The translations under genes were made by a program, and so were the position numbers. 64,000 nucleotides of DNA. Source: Hellea sp. Its GTDB lineage: Bacteria; Pseudomonadota; Alphaproteobacteria; Caulobacterales; Maricaulaceae. The notes beneath the pieces are model-generated. The model was not told the origin of the DNA and searched no databases. It saw nothing but the letters and a program-made list of their open reading frames with translations. Shown here one piece after another: positions 10,706 to 20,277 of the stretch. Where the stretch lies: contig JAHDFA010000001.1 of the NCBI GenBank assembly GCA_020628495.1, positions 7,405 through 71,404 on the forward strand. The letters run 5' to 3'. Within the stretch, counting starts at the first letter, position 1; every line of letters begins with the position of its first letter.

Positions 10706-10734
10706 ATGCTACTTAGTCACTATATAGCGGGCAA
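10706..10734 (-). promoter_or_regulatory. Putative sigma70-type promoter of rpoZ
   Basis: TTGCCC-N17-TAGCAT on the minus strand. Confidence 0.5.
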
Positions 10735-10744
10735 TCAACCTATT

Positions 10745-11215
10745 TTACCACGGGCCTGCATAACGAGTCGCGCGAATTTCATCATCTGAAAGCCGCCTTA
10801 CATGTCGAAGCCATTTTGTCTCAAGCTCTGATGCCGGTATGAGAACGAATGGTCGTTCCAGCATCCTTGGATGAGGAAGCTTTAATCCGGATGAAGCGCG
10901 TTTCTCACGACCAAAGACCAGCAAGTCCAAATCCAGCGTCCGGGCCGCATTCGGCACGCTTCGCACGCGACCATGTTTAAGCTCTAAGGACTGCATCAGC
11001 GACAAAAGTGATTCAGCATCGCCATCGAAACGGCCCTTCACAACGGCGTTCAAATAATCAGGTTGTTCTGAACCCGGTGGCCAAGCGGGCGAGCGCCAAA
11101 GACCCGATTTTCTTTCTAATCGAAACCCGTTCTCACATAGATCAGAAAGCGCAATCTGAAACGTGACTTTAGGGTTGGATAGATTGCCGCCGAATGCGAT
11201 AAGGCAATTAGTCAT
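10745..11215 (-). CDS. folK: 2-amino-4-hydroxy-6-hydroxymethyldihydropteridine diphosphokinase
   Basis: AFGGNL, QPDYLNAV, ARTLDLDLL, PHPRMLERPFVL. Confidence 0.93.
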   Translation of the reverse strand: MTNCLIAFGGNLSNPKVTFQIALSDLCENGFRLERKSGLWRSPAWPPGSEQPDYLNAVVKGRFDGDAESLLSLMQSLELKHGRVRSVPNAARTLDLDLLVFGREKRASSGLKLPHPRMLERPFVLIPASELETKWLRHVRRLSDDEIRATRYAGPW

Positions 11216-11244
11216 ATTTTATAAATTTCAAATTCGGTTTCATA

Positions 11245-11802
11245 ATGGCCTTCTATCCAGAAGAGCGCCTCGCAATTTTTGTGGATGGCGCCAATTTCTA
11301 CTCTACCGGAAAATCACTCGATTTCGACATCGATTACAAGAGGATGCTTGGTTTTTTTAAGGAAAAAAGCCGTTTAGTTAACGCATGTTATTATACTGCC
11401 ATCTTGGAGAACGAAGACTACTCTCCAATACGTCCGTTGGTCGACTGGCTCAACTATAACGGCTACCAAGTTATAACTAAACCAGCCAAGTCTTATACTG
11501 ACCGGGACGGGCGTAGCCGCATCAAAGGCAATATGGATATCGAGCTAGCTCTGGATATGGTCGAATTAGCAGACCACGTCGATCACATTGTCCTATGCAG
11601 CGGCGATGGTGATTTCCGTGCGGCCGTTGAGGCGTGCCAGCGAAAGGGCACGCGGGTCTCGGTGTTGTCGTCCATGCGAACACAGCCTGCAATGCTTGCT
11701 GATGAACTCCGCCGCCAAGCCAATGACATCATTGAGTTGTCCGACTTGGAAGAAGAGATTGGGCGACCACGTCGAGACTATGCGGATTACGATGATGAGT
11801 AA
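11245..11802 (+). CDS. NYN domain (LabA/DUF88) protein
   Basis: FVDGANFY, KGNMDIELALD, SGDGDF, ADELRRQA. Confidence 0.92.
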   Translation: MAFYPEERLAIFVDGANFYSTGKSLDFDIDYKRMLGFFKEKSRLVNACYYTAILENEDYSPIRPLVDWLNYNGYQVITKPAKSYTDRDGRSRIKGNMDIELALDMVELADHVDHIVLCSGDGDFRAAVEACQRKGTRVSVLSSMRTQPAMLADELRRQANDIIELSDLEEEIGRPRRDYADYDDE

Positions 11803-12436
11803 TATTAACGCACCATATGAATGCCGGGAGTGCCCACGACTTGCAACATTTCTGGACGAACAACGGCTTCTGAGGCCGGATTATTATAACGGCCCCGTAC
11901 CAAACTTTTACTCACCCGACCCAAAACTCATAGTGATCGGACTCGCGCCGGGTATGCACGGTGCGAATCGCACGGGACGCCCTTTTACAGGCGATTGGGC
12001 AGGGGATTTGTTATATGCAGCCTTGGAAAAATACCGGTTTTCGACGGGTAATTATGACAAGCACGCAAATGATGGCGTTGAACTGCGAAATACAATGATA
12101 ACGAATGTTGTGCGCTGTTTGCCCCCACAAAACAAACCTATCGCGACTGAGATAAATACGTGCCGGGACCTTTTTCACAAACGCCAACTGGAAGCGCTAC
12201 CCAACGCCAAAGTCTTGTTGTGCCTTGGAAAGATCAGCCATGACAGCACAATTAGGGCTATCGGTCTGCGTTTAGCGCATCACAAGTTCGGGCATGGAAC
12301 AGAATATATGGACCCGCAAGGGCGCGTAATTCTTTCAAGCTATCACTGCTCCCGTTATAACACGAATACCAAGCGTTTGACGGAAAACATGTTTTATAAA
12401 ATATTCGAGCGCGCACGCGAAATCTGTGAGACTTAG
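11795..12436 (+). CDS. Uracil-DNA glycosylase family 5 (UdgB-like)
   Basis: [45 protein letters not shown]; start reset to 11795. Confidence 0.9.
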   Translation: MSNINAPYECRECPRLATFLDEQRLLRPDYYNGPVPNFYSPDPKLIVIGLAPGMHGANRTGRPFTGDWAGDLLYAALEKYRFSTGNYDKHANDGVELRNTMITNVVRCLPPQNKPIATEINTCRDLFHKRQLEALPNAKVLLCLGKISHDSTIRAIGLRLAHHKFGHGTEYMDPQGRVILSSYHCSRYNTNTKRLTENMFYKIFERAREICET

Positions 12437-12927
12437 CCTTTTTCGCGCATCAATCGAGCTTTTTGCTTCTGCCAATCACGGTTCTTATCGGTCTGGCGTT
12501 TGTCGTAATTTTGCTTACCCGTCGCAGTTCCAATCAAAAGTTTAGCTTTACCCTTTTCATTAAAATACATTTTCAAAGCTACAATCGTGCGGCCCTTACG
12601 TTGCGTTTCCCCTAGTAGGACATTGATTTGCTTGCGCTTTAATAACAGCTTTCTAGGGCGAGTGGGCAGGTGATTGAACTGGCTGGCTGGCGCATAAATC
12701 GGGATGTTGGCATTAATAAGCCAAGCCTCATTATTTTCGATTGAAACATAGCTTTCGGCGATATTGCCTCGCCCTTCCCGCAAGGCTTTGACCTCTGTCC
12801 CGACCAGCATGATGCCGGCTTCCATTGTGTCCTCGACGGCATAGTCATACCGCGCCTTCCGGTTTTCCGCGAGGATAGTGTCTTTAGACCCCGCCTTTGA
12901 TTTTCTACCGCCTGACTTGCTGGACAT
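12433..12927 (-). CDS. smpB: SsrA-binding protein
   Basis: [39 protein letters not shown]. Confidence 0.96.
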   Translation of the reverse strand: MSSKSGGRKSKAGSKDTILAENRKARYDYAVEDTMEAGIMLVGTEVKALREGRGNIAESYVSIENNEAWLINANIPIYAPASQFNHLPTRPRKLLLKRKQINVLLGETQRKGRTIVALKMYFNEKGKAKLLIGTATGKQNYDKRQTDKNRDWQKQKARLMREKG

Positions 12928-12928
12928 A

Positions 12929-13804
12929 TCAGAGTTGAATACCAGCCTGCGACATAGCAGATTTGACAATTTTTTTGGTCGTTTCACGGCATTCCGTTAT
13001 AGGAAGCCGTACATCCGGTCGCATTCTACCCATCAGAGACAAGGCATATTTTGCCGGGCCGGGACTTGGATCAATAAAAAGGTCCTTATGCAAACGATCC
13101 AGCTTTGCATTCCATTCACGCGCAGTAACAAAATCACCACCCAATAATGCATTGTGAAATGCTGCATATTGCGCAGGAGCAATATTTGAGCCAACCGAGA
13201 TCGTACCTTGTCCCCCATGGGCGCTATGTCCAAGCGAAGTCGGGTCATCGCCTGAAAGCTGAATAAACGCCTCGCCGCAACGCACAGTCAGACCCGCCAC
13301 GCGCGCAATGTCACCTGTCGCGTCTTTACAGCCAATCACAGTAGGAAGTTTTGATAAACGTTCCATGGTGTCCTGTTCGATATCTACAATACTTCGACCA
13401 GGTATATTATAGACGACTATAGGAATATCCACAGCTTCAGAAATCGCTTTGAAATGCTGATAAATACCTTCTTGGCTTGGCTTGTTATAATAAGGCGTAA
13501 CAACAAGGGCTGCATCCGCCCCCATTGCCTTCGCGTGTTGTGCATATTTTATAGACACGCGGGTCTCGTTTGATCCTGCCCCCGCGATGACCGGAACGCG
13601 GCCATTTGCGGCTTCGGATGTCAATCGAATGACCCTTTGATGTTCTTCATCTGTGAGCGTGGCGCTCTCGCCAGTCGTACCACAGGGCACTAAACCGTGG
13701 ATCCCTGACTCGATCTGCCATTCAACAAAATCTTGAAATGCCTGCTCATCAACAACGCCGTCTCTAAACGGAGTGACCAGAGCTGTAATTGACCCTCTTA
13801 TCAT
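12929..13804 (-). CDS. dapA: 4-hydroxy-tetrahydrodipicolinate synthase
   Basis: ALVTPF, CGTTGES, TPYYNKP, YNIPGR, KDATGD. Confidence 0.96.
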   Translation of the reverse strand: MIRGSITALVTPFRDGVVDEQAFQDFVEWQIESGIHGLVPCGTTGESATLTDEEHQRVIRLTSEAANGRVPVIAGAGSNETRVSIKYAQHAKAMGADAALVVTPYYNKPSQEGIYQHFKAISEAVDIPIVVYNIPGRSIVDIEQDTMERLSKLPTVIGCKDATGDIARVAGLTVRCGEAFIQLSGDDPTSLGHSAHGGQGTISVGSNIAPAQYAAFHNALLGGDFVTAREWNAKLDRLHKDLFIDPSPGPAKYALSLMGRMRPDVRLPITECRETTKKIVKSAMSQAGIQL

Positions 13805-13920
13805 GTTTGTCTTTCGCAATGCGGTTGTGTAGGCCCGAAGATGTAAGCTGGTGATAGCGCCGTTTTGGATATGGGTTCAAGACATGGTTTTTTCACTTTC
13901 GAACTGTGTGGGTCGCGATC

Positions 13921-15993
13921 ATGTTGCAAAATAGAAAGTCTGAATTAAGTCACCCGCGGGGCATCATTACGGCCATTATCGTATTCTGCCTCTTTATAGT
14001 TACGCCCCTCTTCGCCAGTGCAACAGTTCCATCCCCCCGCCTTAAGCCCGCTCCGCCGGCAATGTCGTCTTTCATGAGTGAAGCTGATGCCAAACAATTT
14101 CGAATGGGTTTGAACGCCGCAAAAGATAAGCGGTGGTCTGAAGTCGAACGAATCACAAGCAGATTGAATGATCCAATAGCGAAAGACGTTTTGCGTTGGA
14201 TACAAGCCACCAATGATAGAAATGTGCCTCTGAGTACGCTTGATTACGTACACCATAGCCTAAGTGATTGGCCGCGTATGGTAAGGGTGAGCGCAGAAGC
14301 TGAACGGCGCATGCTTGATGAAAGCTGGACTTCAAAGCGCGTCTTCGAGTGGTTTACCGGACGAGTTGAGCCTGTCTCCGGTGAAGGACGCGCAGCCCTC
14401 GCCCGCGCCTATTTTGCTAAGGGGGACACCGCAAACGGCGACAAATACCTGAAATTGGCTTGGCGAGAAAGCCGACTAACACGCGACGGCCAGAAAACGC
14501 TTTTCCGTTTATACAAAAACCGCCTCACAAAGGAAGACCATGCTGCGCGAGCGGATCATCTTATCTGGTCAGGGTATCGCCATTACGACAAAGCCCGCGC
14601 TCTTCTCCAGCATATGGGTCGAACGGATCGCGCACTTATGAGAGCGCGTATGACCCTAAACAGAAATTTGTCCGGTATGGACGCAGCTGTTAACGCTGTT
14701 CCGGACTCTCACTTGGCAGATCCGGGTCTCGTTTACGAAAGAGCGCGTTGGCGACGGCGGAAGAAGTCGAAAGATTATGCCCTGCCCGTCTATCTTTCCG
14801 CGAGGACGGCACCAGAGTCGGAATTAGGCAAGAAGGCTATGTGGCGCGAGAAAAAGCTCATGGCCTATTGGGCGATTTCCGAAGACCGCTACAAAGAAGC
14901 CTACCAGTTGACGTTGCACCATGGTTTTGACCGCGGAACGGAATTTGCAGAAGCAGAATTTTTATCCGGCTGGCTGGCTCTGACAGCTATGAAAGATTCT
15001 GATCGCGCTTTGCGTCATTTCATAACGCTACGGGACAATGTAGGTTCCCCGATTTCACTCGCAAGAGCGCATTACTGGATTGGGCGCGCACATGAGGCGA
15101 AATCGGATGGACTAGCCGTTCAACATTATCGCTCAGCGGCCCGATATCCCAATACTTATTATGGTATGTTGGCTGGGTTGGAAGTTGACGGAAATTCTCA
15201 TCGCGTCACATTACCGCCGGAATATATAGTGGACCAAGACCGAGCAGAATTCGCATCTGACAACCGTGTACGCGCCCTGCACCTTTTAGGTGAAGCGGGA
15301 GAGCAAAGATATTTCTCTCAAATAAGCTATCACCTCGATGATGAAGTCGACAGTTTGTCAAAGCTCTCATTGCTAAGCGAATTGGCTGAAGATTACGGAT
15401 TTATGCGCCCTTCCCTTCGTGCAGCAAAACAAGCCGGTCGCTTCCAAGGTATGTTGACTGAAAGCGGGTATCCAATGGTCGCTTCCATTGATGCGCTGCC
15501 AAAACGAAAATTTGAAGAGCCATTTGTCTACGCCATTGCGCGTCAGGAAAGTGAATTTGCTACAAATGCCGTCAGTTCCGCCAATGCCTATGGTATGATG
15601 CAAATGATAAACAGTACAGCGAAGGCAACGGCTAGAAAGCATCGGATACCCTATGACCGAAATCGATTGGCAACGGACGGCGATTATGCTGCGAATATGG
15701 GGGCGCTTCATTTGAATGACCTCTTGGATCAGTGGGATGGCTCCTACATTTTGGCAGCAGTCAGTTATAATGCGGGTCCACACCGCGCGAAAGCTTGGAT
15801 CAAGACCTATGGCGATCCGCGACGCGGTGATGTCGACGCAATTGACTGGGTCGAAAAAATTCCATTCTCTGAGACACGGAATTATGTGATGCGCGTCATG
15901 GAAAATATGCAGGTTTATCGCGCCAGACTAAATGATAATTCAGCCGTCAATCGCCTGGAACAGGATTTACGCCTTGGACAACAGCCCTTCTGA
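13921..15993 (+). CDS. Soluble lytic murein transglycosylase (Slt70-like)
   Basis: Signal peptide; IARQESEF, AYGMMQMI, SYNAGP, IPFSETRNYV. Confidence 0.93.
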   Translation: MLQNRKSELSHPRGIITAIIVFCLFIVTPLFASATVPSPRLKPAPPAMSSFMSEADAKQFRMGLNAAKDKRWSEVERITSRLNDPIAKDVLRWIQATNDRNVPLSTLDYVHHSLSDWPRMVRVSAEAERRMLDESWTSKRVFEWFTGRVEPVSGEGRAALARAYFAKGDTANGDKYLKLAWRESRLTRDGQKTLFRLYKNRLTKEDHAARADHLIWSGYRHYDKARALLQHMGRTDRALMRARMTLNRNLSGMDAAVNAVPDSHLADPGLVYERARWRRRKKSKDYALPVYLSARTAPESELGKKAMWREKKLMAYWAISEDRYKEAYQLTLHHGFDRGTEFAEAEFLSGWLALTAMKDSDRALRHFITLRDNVGSPISLARAHYWIGRAHEAKSDGLAVQHYRSAARYPNTYYGMLAGLEVDGNSHRVTLPPEYIVDQDRAEFASDNRVRALHLLGEAGEQRYFSQISYHLDDEVDSLSKLSLLSELAEDYGFMRPSLRAAKQAGRFQGMLTESGYPMVASIDALPKRKFEEPFVYAIARQESEFATNAVSSANAYGMMQMINSTAKATARKHRIPYDRNRLATDGDYAANMGALHLNDLLDQWDGSYILAAVSYNAGPHRAKAWIKTYGDPRRGDVDAIDWVEKIPFSETRNYVMRVMENMQVYRARLNDNSAVNRLEQDLRLGQQPF

Positions 15994-16060
15994 TCTGCGG
16001 CTATCTGACTCGGTTCTGCGAATTTGCCTCATTAATAGCAGCATAATTTCCTGAAAACAC

Positions 16061-16090
16061 TTGACGAATAGAAACGTTCCGTATTTGTTC
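16061..16090 (+). promoter_or_regulatory. Promoter with LexA (SOS) box
   Basis: -35 TTGACG at 16061..16066; GTTC-CGTATTT-GTTC at 16076..16090 is the alphaproteobacterial LexA consensus GTTC-N7-GTTC and overlaps the expected -10 region. Confidence 0.85.
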
Positions 16091-16150
16091 CCATCTCGGA
16101 ATTGTGGATATTACTGTGTGTAAATTGTTCGTGAAGTATAGGTATGGAAC

Positions 16151-18352
16151 GTGCCACCCGTAGCCTCGCGTCAACATATACGTGCGGAACGCAGGCGTTA
16201 TCAACGCGCGCAAGCCGGTCGCGCGTGGTCCGTAAAAGATTTGCCGAAATACTATTATCACCGTAATTTCTGCGAAATCCTGGAAGGTGTTGAAGCCGAA
16301 TTTGGACATCTACTCGGTAAGCCAAGCCTCGAATTTTTAAAGCAATTTCGTGGCCTGCCCTTTCACACTCAATGTGCATATGTTCGAATTTGCGGCCGAA
16401 AAGGCAGGGTCTTCAACATCGCTAAATTTGATTACCCCGAGATCGAATCGCTTTTCGAACAATTTGACCGCCTCGCAACCAGAGACTTCGTTGCTCGGGT
16501 GAAATATTCCGATTTCAATGATTATCTGTACAGTCTGACGAAACCTGAGCTCACTCTCCTCTTGTCTGATCATCTTTGCGAGACGAAGTTCAAAAAATCT
16601 TGGAAGAAGGATAAACTTATCAACATTGCTGTTGATGAGGTAGATTTTGATAGCCTCTCCTTAGGTCCGAACATTTGGGTGCAGTCCCGGCTAGAGCCTC
16701 TGGAATACATTCTATTTCTGCATTCAGGACGCATTGAAAATAGTCTGCAAAGCCTAACTTTACGCGATCTGGGGTTGGTAAAACCGCCTGCAAATGAGCA
16801 AAAATATGGGTCGCAATTCGAATGCGTTGAGAGCGCCAAGGCAGCTTGGTTCTATGCCTCGGCACTACAGGATTTACGTCAGGATAACGGACTCGCCTTG
16901 GAGATTTTGTCAAAAAGCATAGACAGATGGCCGGAACCACTTTGTCCCATTAGCCTAAGTGATCGTGATAAATTACTTCATAAAATCGGCGGAAGACTTG
17001 AACGCGGCGGTGACATTGATGCTGCACTACATGCCTATACGCGCTCAGACACGGCGCTCTGCAATGAGCGGGTAGTCAGGCTAAGGTATAAAAAGGGCGA
17101 GAAAGAATGGGTAAAAGCCCGCCTTGAGAATATGATTGAAAATCCGTTCTCTGATGAAGAGCACACTTTCGCTCAGGATTTCTACGCTCGTAAATTCAAA
17201 AAGAAACGGACATCCATTGTCACAGACTTATTGCGAAATGCGGAGTCAATTGAACTGGATGAAGCCTTCCGCAACCAACCAGAACGCGCCGCCATGAATC
17301 ACTATCGGCAAATGGGCCTGACCTGTTACAGGACTGAAAATGTTCCGTGGAGAAACCTGTTTGGGCTCCTATTTTGGGATGAGCTTTATGGGGAAAAGCC
17401 TGCAGGAAACCTACCCAAGTCCCTGAAGTCCGGTGATTTTTATAATCTGAATAAAGATCGGATTGAGAAAAAACTGGCTGAATTGAACACGCCCCACCTT
17501 GTGTTGATTCAACTTTTGAAAAAGCTAACTACGCATTTTGGGGAACAGCAAAGCATCGTTTATTGGGGGTCGCGATCACTTGACCGCTTACAAGCCCTAA
17601 TCGAGTCGGCGCCCAAGGGTGCGATCGCATATATGTTGCGCTTGATGGCTAAAAACTGGCATGGGACGAAGGATGGTTTCCCGGATTTGATGATTATTGA
17701 GGACGGGGTTTGCCGCTTTGTAGAGGTCAAGGCAGCTGGTGATGTCATTCGGCGAAATCAGCTTTTACGATTGCGTCAGATGAAATCGGCAGGATTTCAA
17801 GCGGAAATTCTGCAAGTCAATTGGGCGGTAGATCCCAACCAGACTTATGTTGTGGTGGATGTTGAAACAACGGGCGGACGACCCGGCCTGCATAGGGTTA
17901 CAGAAATTGGCGCTGTTAAGGTCAGAAACGGGCAAATCATCGATGAATGGTCAACACTCATCAACCCTCAAAGGTCTATACCCGCCAACATCACAAGAAT
18001 TACTGGTATATCAGAGGCGATGGTCGCTAACGCGCCTGTATTTGCGGAAGTTGCAAAGCCCTTCGCGGATTTTATGGGCGACGCTATTTTTGCCGCACAT
18101 AATGTAAACTTCGACTATGGCTTCATCAGCGCTGAATATCAGATGATAGACAAGCGGTTCAGACATCCGAAAATCTGTACCTGTTCTTCAATGCGAAAAC
18201 TCTATCCGGGATATGCGTCATATTCACTTAAAAATCTCTGCCGCGCGTTTCACATCGAATTGAAAAGTCATCATCGCGCGCTCTGTGATGCCAAAGCCGC
18301 TGCAGAGCTGCTATTCCTAATCAATGAAAAACGTATGGATGATGGAGCGTAG
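16151..18352 (+). CDS. FAN1-like VRR-NUC nuclease fused to a C-terminal DnaQ-like DEDDh 3'-5' exonuclease
   Basis: YYYHRNF...VRICGRKG N-terminus; LFGLLFWDEL; PD-(D/E)xK core GFPDL...FVEVKAAGD...NQ; then VVDVETTG, AHNVNFDYGFI, HHRALCDA. Start codon uncertain. Confidence 0.88.
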   Translation: MPPVASRQHIRAERRRYQRAQAGRAWSVKDLPKYYYHRNFCEILEGVEAEFGHLLGKPSLEFLKQFRGLPFHTQCAYVRICGRKGRVFNIAKFDYPEIESLFEQFDRLATRDFVARVKYSDFNDYLYSLTKPELTLLLSDHLCETKFKKSWKKDKLINIAVDEVDFDSLSLGPNIWVQSRLEPLEYILFLHSGRIENSLQSLTLRDLGLVKPPANEQKYGSQFECVESAKAAWFYASALQDLRQDNGLALEILSKSIDRWPEPLCPISLSDRDKLLHKIGGRLERGGDIDAALHAYTRSDTALCNERVVRLRYKKGEKEWVKARLENMIENPFSDEEHTFAQDFYARKFKKKRTSIVTDLLRNAESIELDEAFRNQPERAAMNHYRQMGLTCYRTENVPWRNLFGLLFWDELYGEKPAGNLPKSLKSGDFYNLNKDRIEKKLAELNTPHLVLIQLLKKLTTHFGEQQSIVYWGSRSLDRLQALIESAPKGAIAYMLRLMAKNWHGTKDGFPDLMIIEDGVCRFVEVKAAGDVIRRNQLLRLRQMKSAGFQAEILQVNWAVDPNQTYVVVDVETTGGRPGLHRVTEIGAVKVRNGQIIDEWSTLINPQRSIPANITRITGISEAMVANAPVFAEVAKPFADFMGDAIFAAHNVNFDYGFISAEYQMIDKRFRHPKICTCSSMRKLYPGYASYSLKNLCRAFHIELKSHHRALCDAKAAAELLFLINEKRMDDGA

Positions 18353-18422
18353 TCGAGGCTTTCACCTGTGGCTGCTCTGTGCAAAAAGAAACTGACTCAC
18401 TTAAGGTTATCAGGACATTGCT

Positions 18423-19337
18423 TTGGCCACTTCCCTCCCTTTGAAAGATGCAGCTAGTCAGATTGAGGTGATACGCGGTCTAATAGAGCTTCGCCTGTCT
18501 AAGATTATTCCGTCTAAAACGACTTGGCCGGTTCGTCTGCATGAAGCGCAGCGTCATGCGCTGCTTTCCCCAGGCAAGCGCTTTCGCCCGCTCCTTTGTG
18601 TGTTCATTGCGCAGGGCGGAGGAATACAGAATGGTCCGGATTTAGATGCAGCCATAACGACGGGATGCGTTGCGGAAATGGTTCATGCGGCCTCACTCAT
18701 CTTAGACGATTTACCTTGCATGGATGATGCGGATTTACGACGTAACCAGCCCACGACCCATATCGCTTTTGACGAAAGCACGGCTATTCTGTCTGCTACT
18801 GCACTTCTCAATCGGGCTTTCGGAGCGCTGTCGCGCCTCGACCAAGTCCATGCCGACCGTCGTATCGAAATGATTGACCTGTTATCATACGCTGTTGGAT
18901 CAAAAGGTCTTATTGCGGGACAAATGGCCGATCTGGCAAATACGGATAAAGGCACAACTGTCGCTGAGATAGAAAGGCTTAATACCCTTAAGACAGGTGC
19001 TTTGTTTGACTTCAGCGTCGACGCAGCCGCAATTCTGTCCGGTATGCATGCCTCACAACGCGCGGCCTTGAAAGATTTTTCATACAATTTGGGCTTGGCT
19101 TTTCAACTTCTTGATGATGTCAAAGATGCTGTCATGAATGACGCTCAGGCAGAAAAATCTGTTAATAGGGATATTGGCAAAGCAACCATACTAGCTGTCG
19201 CAGGTTCAGCTGCATCGCGTAAGAAACTGAATGAATATTTATCACATGCTAACGCTGCCTTACTGCGCGCAGATTTATCTAATGTTGACGCTTTGACTGC
19301 CATTTTGGACCACCAATTTGCCTTTCTCCGTAGCTGA
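18423..19337 (+). CDS. crtE: Geranylgeranyl diphosphate synthase
   Basis: GKRFRP, HAASLILDDLPCMDDADLRR, KTGALF, GLAFQLLDD; clustered with crtW/crtZ. Confidence 0.85.
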   Translation: MATSLPLKDAASQIEVIRGLIELRLSKIIPSKTTWPVRLHEAQRHALLSPGKRFRPLLCVFIAQGGGIQNGPDLDAAITTGCVAEMVHAASLILDDLPCMDDADLRRNQPTTHIAFDESTAILSATALLNRAFGALSRLDQVHADRRIEMIDLLSYAVGSKGLIAGQMADLANTDKGTTVAEIERLNTLKTGALFDFSVDAAAILSGMHASQRAALKDFSYNLGLAFQLLDDVKDAVMNDAQAEKSVNRDIGKATILAVAGSAASRKKLNEYLSHANAALLRADLSNVDALTAILDHQFAFLRS

Positions 19338-20277
19338 TACGCCGATTCCACCTATTGTTCTGAAAGTAAGCGATCTTACAGTCGACTACGGAAAGCACCG
19401 TGCACTCGACAAACTCACCTTGGAAATTGGCAGTGGTGAACTGGTCGGCGTCATTGGCCCAAATGGCGCGGGGAAAACGAGTTTCGTCAAAGCCTTGTGT
19501 GGCCGCCTGAAATTAAACGGCCGCATAAACATTCACAAAACAAACTTAAAACGCGGAGCAGACCGAAGACAGCATATCGCACTGGTTCCACAAGATATTG
19601 GACTATACTCCCACCTTACAGCGAAAGAAAACTTACAGGTCATTGGGCGGTTATTGGGCTTAAAGGACAAATTAGGTGTTACTGAAGCATTGGACGCTGT
19701 TGAAATGACACCGCATGCTAAAACCCGCATATCCGATTTGTCGGGCGGAATGAAACGCCGCATAAATGTGGCTGCGGCAATTTTAACAAAACCCAGCCTC
19801 GTCATATTTGACGAACCAACCGCCGGAGTTGACGCCCCTGCCCGTGACGCCGTCCATCGGTTGGCACGTAAATTGGCCGATGAGGGCAAAGCCGTTATTC
19901 TGATCACGCATGAGCTGGACCAAGTTGAATCGCTTTGCGATAAAGTATTAGTGTTATGCCAAGGAAAGCGTTTGGCGTTCGAACCCCCTGCCCGACTTTT
20001 GGAGCGTAGTTTCGAAGGACAAAGAGAAGTGATGGTCAGATATGGCCGACCACCTTCCCTTGAAATCTTCGATGCGATGAAGCCTTTCGAATTTAAACAG
20101 GCCGAACATCCAACAACTTGGATTGCCTTAACAGATGCAAACGAGGTAAGTTTTGTTTCGGCATTTCTAACAGCCTTACAAGGTGGAGATGAGATCATTC
20201 GGGAAATCAGCGTGAGACGTCCCGGCCTGAATGCTCTTATGCACCGTATCGAAAAAACCGGGAAGTTGTCCGCATGA
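19318..20277 (+). CDS. ABC-2 type exporter ATP-binding subunit
   Basis: GPNGAGKT, LSGGMKRR, VIFDEPTAG, ITH; C-terminal extension. Confidence 0.92.
   Translation: MPFSVADTPIPPIVLKVSDLTVDYGKHRALDKLTLEIGSGELVGVIGPNGAGKTSFVKALCGRLKLNGRINIHKTNLKRGADRRQHIALVPQDIGLYSHLTAKENLQVIGRLLGLKDKLGVTEALDAVEMTPHAKTRISDLSGGMKRRINVAAAILTKPSLVIFDEPTAGVDAPARDAVHRLARKLADEGKAVILITHELDQVESLCDKVLVLCQGKRLAFEPPARLLERSFEGQREVMVRYGRPPSLEIFDAMKPFEFKQAEHPTTWIALTDANEVSFVSAFLTALQGGDEIIREISVRRPGLNALMHRIEKTGKLSA

Noticed and set aside
15987-18380. Weak similarity between the sequences flanking the FAN1-DnaQ gene (CTGCGGCTATCTG versus CTGTGGCTGCTCTG)
   Set aside because: Needs gaps and several mismatches over about 22 nt; not distinguishable from chance.
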